Source: Ramazzottius varieornatus
Lineage: Eukaryota; Animalia; Tardigrada
Reading direction: 5' to 3'
NCBI GenBank assembly: GCA_001949185.1
Contig: BDGG01000004.1
Span: 2,794,912-2,858,911, forward strand
DNA: 64,000 bases
Shown piece by piece: positions 16,889-29,252 of the stretch. The notes beneath the pieces are model-generated. The model worked only from the letters and a program-made list of their open reading frames with translations. It was not told where the DNA came from and searched no databases. Each line of letters begins with the position of its first letter. Positions within the stretch are counted from its first letter, which is position 1. The position numbers and the translations under genes were made by a program.

Positions 16889-19800
16889 ATGGCGAAGCTT
16901 GAGAATTTTGCTGAGGTCTTGGTTCGACATGTCAGGGCGGCGGCTGCGAGCTCCCATGGCCCTATTGGGGATGGCGGCCTGGCGCACGGTCCTGGTCAGC
17001 CTCTTCATGGAAATGCCACCAACATCACAAAGGATACTCATGGGGTAGAATCGCATCATGCCGATCCGCCATATGTTATCCTCTTCATCTTCGTCACCCT
17101 GGTTCTCGGAGGTACAACGAGTTTTGACCAAGCAATCCTGACCATTCTTAACTGAAACTACAGTCGGCTAACCGATTATTTTTTCAGTTATCGCGCGTCA
17201 GCTTCAGCCAAAAATCCCCATCCCTTACACAGGTATGCAGTTTACACGTGAAGACCGGTAAATTCGGCGGTTTCAGTATGCACTGGTAACTTGTATTTCT
17301 AGTCGTTATAATGATTCTCGGAGTGATTTATGGAGTGATCGCGGCAAAGTCCTATCCACCGTTCCTAAACTACACCGGCATGGTACGTACTGCATAAACA
17401 TTTTTGTCAGAGGAAGACACTCGTATGTCGAAGTGGGTTGGCTGTGGAAAAGTTCGTGCTGGCATTGGTTTTCCGAATCCGAACCATACGATACCTCACG
17501 TTTTCCCATTCCAGACGAGGGTAGACCCGCACTGGATTCTCCACATATTCTTGCCAATCCTCATTTTCGAGTCGTCTTTTGCCATTCCGATACATCTTTT
17601 CCGACAGTCCATATGGCACATCATCATTCTTGCTACAGCTGGTCTAGGTTGGTCCGACCGTTTAATAACCACCTAACGACAAAGATGGTGAATTTGCATT
17701 CCTTCTAAATCCTTCCAGTGGTGTCGACCTTTCTTACTGCCATCCTGGCGAAATACGCCTTTGGCTACGACTGGGCCTGGTATGTGGCACTGGTGAGTTA
17801 AACTGTATCCATTTTACAATGAAAACAAACTGAGAATACACAAACATCGTACCAGCATTTTCCGTGTTCAGATGTTCGGATCATTAGTATCCGCAACGGA
17901 CCCAGTTGCAGTGGTCGCCCTTCTCAAGGAAGTGGGTAAGATGACGAAAGATTGTCGTCTTTGCAAATCGCTCCTTCCTACTACGAGTATCTCTGAATTT
18001 GATGTAACCTCCAGGTGCGTCACCGGCTTTGGGAGTTGTTCTCGAAGGAGAGTCCTTGCTCAACGATGGCACTGCAATTATTCTGTTCAACATATTCTTG
18101 GCTTTGAGTGCTCCGGACGACGGATTTAGTGGTGAGAGAGCTCTCAGCTTTTTCCGTCAAGTCTCTCAGAGGCCGGTTTGATGAGCACATTAGCACACGC
18201 ACCGCTGATCTTGTTAGCAAACAATTTTCTTTTTAATTACAGCACATGCACTTGGCGTGCAGTCCTTCTTTACGATTTGTGGAGGACCCTTGTTCGGCTT
18301 TATCTGCGGCTGGGTAGTTTTTTGGCCTTCGGACTGATACGCGTATGCCTCTGTTGGCCTTACCAATTATTATTTCTCAATACAGGTAGCTTCGTTTTTC
18401 ATCGGACTAATTTCCAACGACGCCATTTCGGAATGCATAGTCAGCCTGATTGCGGCGTACTTGACCTTTTACATTAGCGAAGCGGTGCTAGGCATCTCTG
18501 GTGTGCTGGCCGTGGTGGCGTTGGGCGTGGTCATGAATTCTCAGAGAACCAACATAAGCCCGGAAGTTGAGCATACCATGCACGAGTAAGTAGCGTCATC
18601 AATAATCTTGTCCATGATGGCAAGGTCTTCGAATATCCCGGACTTGCTGCTACAGGTTTTGGGAGGTAATAGTCTACGTGGGCAATACGATCATTTTTGC
18701 CATCGTCGGTCTGGTCATTTCCGAGCACGCCTTGTACACATTCCTGCCGTGGGACTGGTTCAACCTGTTTATTCTGTACATCTGCATCATCTTTATCCGG
18801 TAAGCCTCTTCGTTCGGAAAGAATTTAGTGTAACGAGAAAAACTCTTTTCAGTTTTGTTGACCTTGATCTTTTTTTACAGGCTGTTTAGCATTGTGATTT
18901 TTATTCCTATCAACCGATATTTGGACTGTGCGGAGATCGTGGGTTGGAAGAATGTTCTGGTCATGGGATGGGGAGGTCTTCGTGGAGCCGTAGCTTTGAT
19001 GTTGGCCTTGGCAGTTTCCAGAGACCCTCGTCTTGACCGGCGCATGGTGGGCGACAAGGTAGGGTCATCCGCCTCTTTCTGTACTACAGATCCAAATCGT
19101 GGACGATTTAACGGGCGTTTCTGTAGGTTTTAATCCTGACGTCTGGAATCGTCCTTTTGACTCTGCTTGTGAACGCGACAACAACAGCAAAGATGCTACA
19201 GTTTCTGGGTAGGTCGGAGCTTATACGGACACTATCACGTGGTTTGGATGTATTCCCTCTGTAGGCATGAGTCGGGTTCCTGAGTACACGATCAAAGCCG
19301 TAGACAACTGTATACGGCTCGTAATCCATCACCGCAATGAAGTGATATCTGCACTGCAGAAAGAATCGTTCCTGGAAGGTTTAAACTGGGACGATATCGA
19401 CTCGGACTCGAAAATTCGTAACCCGTACATCGACGTAAGATTCGTGCCTTTTTTTGAAATATTTTACTTCGGTACCGCTGTAGTTCGCCCTCTTTCGTAC
19501 AGGCTGCACACTCGGTGCTTTTGGACGGCACACATGAGGAAGCACCCGTCTCTGCTATCAACGGGATAGAGGGGAAGAACGACAGTCATGCGACTCTTGC
19601 CGCGCCCCATGAGCATCAAGACTTTGACGCCACACGCGAAGTCTGGTTGAAACTCCTGCGGTACAGTATCTGGGAACAGTAAGTATCTTTGTTGACAAAA
19701 TTTCCATTTCGAGTCTTTACCATACCTCGTTCAAACGCAGAAATTTCAGGTACGAACTGGGGCTGATCTCTCGTGAGACGATCCTCTACCTGACAAACTG

Positions 19801-22387
19801 TATAGACTTGGCCATTCGCAATCCGTCGGGACCGTTGATTGACGTGGAACTCTTAACCCGGAAGTTGGAAGTGGGAAGGAAGCTAACCTATTGGGTAATT
19901 ATATGAAGCATACGAATGATACGATTCACTATGGAAATTCCGGGTACGTTACTGAAATGAGAGTCCTGTGTTTCAGCAAAGAATGGTGAATCGGCTCTGT
20001 GGACACGAAGTCGATCTCATCAAGACGTACCCGCCATTACCGGCGCCCGAAGTCAGTTCTCCACAACACCACACCAAGCCACAGCGTATCGTTATGTCCT
20101 GGTGGTTCAATGCCATTATATTCGGAACACTGATGGCTCATACAATAGTAATCGTGGTCAACATCGCACTGAACTGGCATGGTCTGAACAACCTCAATGA
20201 AGACTACTTCCTCTTTTCGGCTGACGGATGGGTCGTCGGCTTCACCACAGTGTTCCTCATCGTCTACATAGCAGAAATGGCGCTTTCGGTATTGCGATTT
20301 GTGAGCCCTGCGTTGCAAAGTATGACCGAAACTACTAACTGAAGGGAATTCCACCCGGTAGGTGGCGTCCGTGGGATGGAGGACCTATTTACAGGACATC
20401 TGGAACAAGTTCGAAGTGGCAGTAGTCATCATTGTGTTCATTGACTGGGTCCTGAACATCTACGCACTGGATAACGGCATTGACGGTCCAAACAGCTTCC
20501 TCGATGCGCTCAAGCTATTTGACATTTTGATCCTCCTTCGAATTTGCAAGTTCGTTCGGCTTGCTCAAGTAAGATCTAAAACAATCAGAAAAGCCCTTCA
20601 ACGGTTTGATCTCTTGGACGGTTGCATGTCATAACGGAGGACTGAACTGTGCTTTGTGTCCTAGGTTTCCGTGCCGGCACTGATTAAGGTTTCCCGAAGT
20701 TTGGTTACTCGTCGACTGCTGATTGGGTTCGAGTCGGGCAAAGCCTATCTGACTGCTCAAGAGGAAGCCATAGAACTAACCGAGAAATACATCGAGAATC
20801 ACAGCGCGCTACATATCATTCAGGAAGAAGCCGAAAAGATCAAGCATAAAGTCGAAAGCGAGCTCGGTTGGTACACATTAACATAATGTTCTTTTCTACA
20901 TAATCTAACTTCTTTTGCGGACAGATGTTTTACTGGAAGAACGTCCCGACATTGCGATGCAAGTAAAGAAGAGGTACGCAACGAGAAAGGTTTTGCTGTG
21001 CATGAAAGAAGATCTGAGAGGGTTCAGGGCGAAGGACCTCATTGACTGCAAAGCTTCCACTATGTTGCAAAAGGTGAAGAATCACAGGACGCTTGGTGGT
21101 GTGGAAACCAACGACAGAAAATCCTTGTTCGTTGTTTCCAGAGTCTAGAGCACAAAATGGAAAAAGCTTCTCATGTCCCGTATCGCTTCCGCAATCCAAC
21201 TAAGGTGCTTGCGCGGATACCTTGGATAAGGAACAATCCGAGTCTACAGTCCTTCCTAATGGTACTATAGCTGTCATCCTTGTTATCATTCGTCTACTTT
21301 GTATACCTACTTTGTAGTGTACTTTGTACACTACGGGCGAAAGCTCATATCCGTAACTGACTGCCATCTTTTCACAGGGGCGTGTGGTCTTTGTCAGATA
21401 CCCGGCAGAATATGAGATGGTCACTCAAGGAGCCAATCTTCCGGGTGTCTTTTACATTATCTCTGGCACGGTTGGCCTGATCCAGGTGGCTTGTATGAAA
21501 GCGTTTACATTCACACGAACGCCCACCGTCAACTGTCATGATGTTTTCAGAAAACAGCAAACGAGCCTCCCGGGTACCAACTGGACAAGACCGAATGTCG
21601 ACAAAATTTCGCAGCGGAAGACCTTATCGGCGAGTACCTATTTCTAACTGGACGACGATCTTCTGTCTCCTACCAGTGTACGAGCAGAACAAAGGTATGA
21701 TTTTACAGCTTTATCGAGCGCTGACTTTTGGGCTGGATTTGGCAAACGGTTCTGAGACATAGCTCCCCTTGTCCAGGCCTTGTTACTCCCGAGAGGCGTC
21801 TTGGAAGAATCGCTAAACATGTATTCAAATCTACGGGAGGCCATGTGGAACTCATGCGGTCCTCATGTTGCGACGGGGCTTTTATCCATGCATTCAGCTA
21901 TCCATGTGAGTATACCACAGGCATCCCGAGCACGACCCGATACTGCCTTAAAGACTAGTTTTATGATTTTCGTTTGCAGCGAGCTCACCCAGAAAAGGTC
22001 GCGCAGGATGTCAGCCGTGGTACAATCGTGCTGCCTACGGAAAACACATTATCAATCTTACCAGAATGGAAAACGGTTTTGCTGCTACACGGAAGTGCTG
22101 TCGGTTTCCCTCACGAGATTACCATCAAAAGTCCGCAAATACTTTCAAGCCAAATTCACACTCTGGCCTTCCCCGAAAGTCTCAGCCAGGTATGCCTGTA
22201 CTGTAGTCTGCCACACAAAATCGTCACAACAAACTTTGGCAACACTAACCGACCAACGTTCTTGCTATAGGAAACCGGCGAGAGCACCCGACCAGTACTT
22301 TTCGTCATCGGAAGGAGTCTTTCAACGTACGGAAGACAGAACGGATTTTCGATGCACAACGAAGGCTTTATGTACCAAGACAAATAA
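16889..22387 (+). CDS. SLC9C1: SLC9C-type Na+/H+ exchanger with VSD and CNBD, paralog B
   Basis: Colinear with paralog A: FLPILIFES, SATDPVAVV, EGESLLNDG, WGGLRGAV, LLVNATT, WNKFE, LRICKFVRLAQ, GVFYIISG...DLIGE. Stop TAA at 22385-22387. Confidence 0.9.
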
Positions 22388-22584
22388 CTAGAATAATTTA
22401 TTTATGGAATAATCAGTTCTCCGCGTGATGGGTGAGCAACTAACATCGTAAAAAATAATACTTCAAACACGACAGGATGAAAATTATAGGAGTGACAACA
22501 AAAATTCAAAAGCTTAGTGCAATCATCTCAAAAGGTTGAAATCACAGAATAACGTTATTCAGAGATGCCCGTAAGGAAAGAGTG

Positions 22585-24674
22585 TTACTTTCGGTAAACA
22601 ATATGGTTGATCGTGATGATGATGATTGCAGCAACCGCCCACAAGTTTAGCAGCCATACCCAGAAGACATGCTTGAACGGCGACTGGTACGGCAACTTGG
22701 TTCCTACGGACGAAGGGATGAGCGTCGCTACCATCCTTCGTGAGCAGTATAGCAGGGTAGCCGGAACGATGTATTGAATGACACATCCGGCATACGATCC
22801 AGTAAAGCCCACCAGGAACTGAACTTCGTTCGTGAGCATAGCGATGCTTAGCGGTGGGATCAGAGTTATCAGAGGGAAGAGGAACTTCTCCACACCCCAC
22901 GAGAACTCTTGTTTGGTTATCGAGCTAAACAGCGTGCGGATATTGTTGCGCAGTGTGATGCCAACAATGGGAAATGTACTGGATAGTGTGAAGACAGGAA
23001 AGAGAGCTAGGAAGTAACGAATGAAGTCGGGTGCAACTGGGTCTACCGTGTCGAAGAAGTTCAGCGTATAGAGGTCTCGGGGTTCTTTGTACAGGAAGAT
23101 GCCGGTAAGAGCTAGGAGTAGGTACAGCGCCACTACCGAAAAGAAGTCCCCGAACACGAGACCGTGGATTCTGTTCTTGCGTTTGATAGGTGTCAAAACA
23201 CCGGGTAGCGAATGGTGGCACATGAAAGCGTAGACGGAAATACCGAAGACCGATGAGAAGTTGCTGAGCTCGACCAACTTCGGTTCTCCATGACCACGCC
23301 CTTGCGCCAGCCACATCGCAGCCAGAATGATCATCATGCTTAGCGAACCCCATCGGGTCAACGACGTACAAACCTGAAAGAACCGCGTGACAGAGCATTG
23401 ATACATGTACGGACAAGTGGTGCACGAACCTGCAGGTATTTGGTCTTCTGAACGTTGAAGAACAGAAAAGGTCCCAATAGAGCAGCAAAGCATGCCTAAA
23501 AGACCCGAAGAAAAAAATTGTGTTAACGAGGTCCCCAATCTGCACAACGTCTTGAAAGAGCGCAAAACTTCGCTCGTACCACAAAGATCCGATAGACATT
23601 CATCCGCGATAAGTTGGGACTAGAGATCCAGCAGGGATCGCTTTCAGACATGTTGAACGGACCTGTTCCGTTTATGAACGTGCTGGAAGGACATATTTGT
23701 ATATATGGGCCAATTTGATAGCTACAATGACGATAACGTTACCACGCCACGTCTCTCAACGTCTTTGGAACAGCTGTCGCATAAATGGATAGGTCGCCAT
23801 ATAGGTAGACGACGAGGCATATGTAGAACAAGTAAGTTCCCACTAGAAACCAAAAGACCAATACTGAGGAACCTTGCCTAATTAGACTACCATTCGGTGC
23901 GACGCACATCTCCTCACCTCGAGTATAAAAAAGCGCAGCCATTTGACCCTGAAAACATGTCTCTACTATACCCGAGTTTTCTTGCTTTCAGCGAGTATAG
24001 TTACAGTACCATTTCCACTCGTTCCTTAATGTGAAACATGCGTGAGTCTCTTTCCTCGTAAACATTCTGTTCCTCGATGAGCGGAGAGCGCTCGATAACG
24101 TCATGTTCTCGTGGGGTCCACTCGACATGTGTCTGAAATAAAACTTCATGCTACATCCTCTCTGCAGCAGACCTTGGTATAATATGAGTAAGAATATGAG
24201 AGATGACCATGGGTCGCTAATTACTTCTTGTGAGATGGAATCTATCTCGTCGAACTTCTTCGCTTTAAGTATGGCGTTGGCATTCGACATGGCTTCAACG
24301 ACAAACGTTGCGGCGATGTAACTGCAAACATGGAAGTGTTCCTGGGTTATTCCTCGCATGCCTCGCACGTCATGTTGATCAATATTTTAAAGGTGCAGCA
24401 TGTGGACCCACCTGACGAAACCGATGCATGTCAAGACCACTATTCCCAATACATATCCAGCTTCCGCAAAGGCTTTCGGCAGAGTAAGAGCCCCTGTCCC
24501 CACGATTAGGTTAAACGTATATAAGAAACCAACCTGGAAAAAATGAACCTTTGTAACTTCGGAGTTCGGACGCTTCCCTCGGGCCACATACTGCACTCGT
24601 AGCACAAAGGAAGATACTGTACTCACCGTAGGCGAATAAGAGGATCCTGGATCAGTCAAGTCTCCTCCTGCCAT
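22585..24674 (-). CDS. TMEM104: TMEM104 (SLC38-like amino-acid transporter family)
   Basis: MAGGDLTDPGSSYSPT|VGFLYTFNLIVGTGALTLPKAF, FVVEAMSNAN, YLYGDLSIYATAVPK, YAFMCHHSLP, LFPVFTLS, GFTGSYAG. Confidence 0.93.
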
Positions 24675-25221
24675 GGCTTCGAGACTTGCTCAGAGGGTCT
24701 TCCCAAGTTCCGCTTTTCGGCGGGAGGTCTGGAGTTTCAAGGCGTTGCAACTTCGAAGACAGAGAGCAATCATGAAGGCGGATAAAATAGCTGAGTTGAT
24801 AGCAGTTATATCACATACAAAAACGAAAACAAACTCTATGATTTGAATTATATCTGGGTGTAAAAGAGATTGCGAAAATTCCTCTAGTGGCTTATATCTA
24901 GTGAAGCCAATCAAGCAATCACTGTTCAGCTAATAGTGCACTGGCTGGACACGGATGAAAGTATGGTATGTTGACTTGTTCTGTTGTTTCTTAGCCGGCC
25001 CGGATGTTTATGTCATTATCTCACTTTCTTGCTCTCCAGAACTGCAACGGACAGCGTTCACGGGCAACTCAGCGGTTTGATTACATGACATGGAACCTGC
25101 GATGGGAGTACCGTTCTAGTCGGCAGGGACCACAGTCGGATTCGTTGTGATTCGTGAACGCGTGAATCGTCTGAAGACAGGTGGAGCTAGTTAACGACGT
25201 ACACCACCATCGAGATTGAAG

Positions 25222-27588
25222 ATGTCTAGCAGCAAGGAGAAACTGTCTTCGCCTTCGCCTCATGGTCATCACCACTCTCATGGATACAACAGTCGATCTG
25301 TGGAAGTCGACCTGGCTTCGTTTTGCATTTTCAACTCGACGCTGGGACCCAAAGAGGGAGAGGTACGAAGTCCCGTATGTTTTCTTGGTTGGCTCCTCAA
25401 GCCGTAACTCAAGCTGTTTCTTCAGGAGTCGAAGAAGATCCTCCTGTACTTTCCTTCGGATGTTATAATGGATGCACAAATACGGCATGTTGGTCTCCTC
25501 GAAGCCGTCACGAAATTTGTCAGGTATATCCCGGGTGGGGTGAGGCATACTGCACCGTAGATGCTTCAACGGCGAATGCGATCTTTAACGAGTAATCTCT
25601 AATTACTTTGTAGTTCGTTCAGCGACAAAAACTGTGGGTCCATGCAAACGTCGCAGCAGCTTCATGTAACCTACCAGCCGGAAGAGGACTTTTGGATGGC
25701 GATGGTAACTGGTAATGATTCTAACTTTCATTTGGTTCTCTGTAGTATCGGTTCTGTTCCGGACCGATGCTTATACTTGATTATGTTGTTGTAGACTTTC
25801 AATCTAATTCATGCGGCTGAGCAAGCGGAATATCGAGCCGAGGAGAACGACAGGCTGAAAAACGAGCAGGTACCCGAAGAGATCTACCACGCGGCACTCC
25901 GACGCTCATATGCGATGTATTCGGTAAGCTGACATAACTTCACTTCCGGGTTCCATGTCGAGCCTGCTACAACATTACGGGCGGAAACTCTGCGGGTTTC
26001 TTGCTGAATATGTGTCCAGTAAGGCGGGGCTTTTCTAGTTGTTGAATGGAACTTTTTCCATCGACGGTATGGAGCTCGGGATCAACAGGTTCAAAGCGCA
26101 GCTGCACGGCTTCTTCTCGGACGTAAGATTCAAGTCTGCTGTCAGAAATATACTATATGTATGTCCAGTTCATGCGCTGTTTTTTCACAGTATTTTCAAA
26201 GGACCTCGACGGGCTATGCAAACTTGATGCAGCATTTTGCAGCTCTTACGTACTTGCCCATGGACAGGAAGAATTTCTTCGGTGTCCAGAGCTTCATGAA
26301 TATGCTCACTTTACGGTTTAGGTGCGGCTGACACCGCCCTCTCCAACTTACCCGTGGATTGATCGGAATTTTTTGCTGCAGGGAAGTAAAACATGTTCTC
26401 CTTCAGTACGCCGGTCTTATAATATGGTATGCACTATTTTCTTTCGTATAACCGTTTTAAGTTCTGGCTAAGTAGCTGTTGCTTCTGATGACTACCTGTG
26501 GTGTTGAATAGCTGTCCTTTCCAGGAGTGATATCGACCTTTCAGAAGCCGTTACAGCTTCACACTACATAACTAAATTTCTCCACCCTGACGTGTCAGAA
26601 AACGAAATGCAGGCCATTCACTCCAGCAGTCATCCACATCAGACAGCAGGCGTCCGTCTTGGCAGGTTACATTCTCCTCTTCGGGCGACGTCAGGTTTCA
26701 GAGGACAGCTATCATAATAATGGTATTTCTTATAGGTACTATGACGGGCCAGCCGATCACTTTGCCGCGACAAAGAACAGCAGTTCGGCGAGTTCCCGTG
26801 CTTATCTCAGGACCGGCGGCGACCCAAACAGTGTGCATATGACTCGGTATCGTCTCCTAATTTACGGCACAGCGGGAGCTTTGATTACCTTGTTCCTCGA
26901 AGGTATTATAACATCCGCGGTTCCCCACATTCGGACACCAATCACTACTTTCGACTGGTGATAACAGTAATCGCTGTTATCCGTAGATTCAGAGGCTCAT
27001 GAGACTGATTACCTGACACGTCTAGAAACCTTCCTGGAGCCGTCTTTGGGTTCCCTGGCTCTGTCTCTTGCGGATCAGTACACGAGATTTAGGAACCCGC
27101 AGTGGTCGCAAGATAGCTCACATGTCAAATATCTTTACATCAACGAAGCCACACTGGCTCAGAAGCAGACGCTCGTCGATAAGACCCAGGTCGTCCAAGT
27201 GGATTTTTTGAAGGCACTCATAGGCATTTATGAAGACGTCAAAAGGTAAGTGTCGGCATTCTTCCGTTTCGCTGAGCTGCGTATGATGTGACCTTTTGTT
27301 TTCTAGTCACAACGACTTCGTGGAAATATACGAAAAAGTCTTTCGGGACTGTTGGATTTACGGAAAGCGGACGTTTGACAGAAGTCTGTACGCCATCGTA
27401 ACTCAGCGCAACATCGATCTAGTACTTGCCGAAGGTATGCATGGTCCTTCAGCTGTTGCTGTTGGCATCTGCGGCGAACGACGAACAGATTTGACGTAAA
27501 GCCAGCATGATCCTCTTGTCATATTGCAGAGGAACTGCGGAAGGTGTACCTGAAAGAGTTTCCAGACAGCCACGAAGCAATGACGTGA
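25222..27588 (+). CDS. CCZ1: Vacuolar fusion protein CCZ1 (subunit of the MON1-CCZ1 Rab7 GEF)
   Basis: FCIFNSTLGPKEGE|ESKKILLYFP, QIRHVGLLEAVTKF, QPEEDFWMAM, YLPMDRKNF, KYLYINEATLAQK, DCWIYGKR. Confidence 0.9.
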
Positions 27589-27861
27589 CGATCTTTAGGC
27601 TTTACCGGAGCAGACATCGTTGTTTTTTTGGTGTCTTTCGCATGATTTATCTTAAAACACTTCAGTCATTAGCCGTGTGCGCAAGCCACACCTTCTTCCG
27701 CGAGAATGCTTTCGTGAAGGAGCCCATAACATCGTTCATAACATGGATTCTCTCCGGTTTATAAATTTTACAGAGATTTGAATTGAAGCTATGGTGAAAC
27801 TGATATAATAGATAATCTGTACAAAACAAATTACTCAGTTGGAAATAAGGAAGACTTGTCT

Positions 27862-28961
27862 TTACATGACCACCAGTTTTTTGTGAGGAATGGATCTGCA
27901 CTGGACTTGATAATACACCATGCAGGCCAGAAGATTCCATATACTAAAGTCCGGCCACAGAACATTGATAAAGCTCAGAATGGAATGGGACGTCTGGAAA
28001 GAGCAGATCTTCTTGTGTTAACAAATTAACGATGCTCGTGATTTCACGAAGAACGAACAGGACACAAAACGAGGATTACCATTACCTGCCAAAGCAAGAA
28101 GTCGCTAAGTCGCACTTCACCGGAAGTTCTTATCAAGAGTTCTGGGTCAGGCGATGCTTTCGTATACAGGTGGCTGGCGATGGTTTTTTCCGTCACATTC
28201 CTGAAATGAGGAGCACGGTTGTTGCACTACGTCCTCCTGAGAACTTTCTGCAGGGATGGAACGAAGAAAACACTTGGGCTTACGCTGGGTCGATAGTACC
28301 GTTCTCACATAGCACAGCCACCTCCTTCACGGCATGAGACATTTCTTCTCTCGAAGTATAAGCTATACAAACGTTAAGGAAGGACCTACGAAAACACACT
28401 TGTCTGTTATTCAGCGAAACAAAGATCCGCGGACAACCTTACCTGCTATTCGTCATCGTGGTCGCGGCCACGTCAGCAACAATCTGTTGTAAGTCCGGCG
28501 GAAGTAGGGATATGTTTCCGATTATCCTTACACAAACACCATATTCCGCAAGCTTCTCCCTACAATCAGACGGCACTTGCTTGGATGCTCTTTGAAATAA
28601 ACGCATTAACGAAGTAGCAAATGTGCACGTACTTTTCAGCCAGGAGAAGCGTGAACTTCCGCTTTGCAAGCTCCATCAAGCAGTCCACCTCGTCCTGCGA
28701 GCGCTTGAAGTTTTCGATACTGAAGGCGTAGACAGTCACTTCCCGAATCCCAAGATCCAGGCACCATTCTAGTGTTTCCGTCAGCTTGTCAAAGCCGAGA
28801 AGATGTCCTTGTGCTCGATCCAAGTTCCGCCTGTTTGCGTACCTCCGATTGCCATCCATGATAAAAGCAACATGCTTGGGAATGGGTCCTCGCTTCAGGA
28901 TACTGCAGGCCAACTTCTGGAGAGTAGTCCGCTTATCGGTTCGGATCCACGACTCCTCCAT
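27862..28961 (-). CDS. DHDDS: Dehydrodolichyl diphosphate synthase (cis-prenyltransferase catalytic subunit)
   Basis: [65 protein letters not shown]. Stop TAA at 27862-27864. Confidence 0.95.
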
Positions 28962-29150
28962 GGTCAATGAGAGAAGCTATCCTAAAGAATGGAAAATGAT
29001 TCATACTGAATTGAGATGCAGCGGAAGCGGATGGTACGACGCAAATCGCAATCGCCACAGTGAAAACGCAAACATTCGCCTGGACCACGGGGTGACCTCT
29101 GTCCGTGTTCCACAAACGTGAGTCCGGTTTGGACCAGTAATAAGCATGCA

Positions 29151-29202
29151 CCGGTCTGGTGTTGTCAGACGTACCGGCGCCGGTCTGGTGTTGTCAGACC
29201 GG
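29151..29202. promoter_or_regulatory. Tandem 20-bp repeat containing SMAD-type sites, in a divergent promoter
   Basis: ccggtctggtgttgtcagac at 29151-29170 and 29180-29199. 29166-29181 reads GGCGCC-N5-GTCTG on the minus strand. The repeat is directly seen; its function is inferred. Confidence 0.4.
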
Positions 29203-29252
29203 GGAGAAACCTCGATAATTCGCGGTGCCCCTCTGGGCCCGTTTCTGTCACA

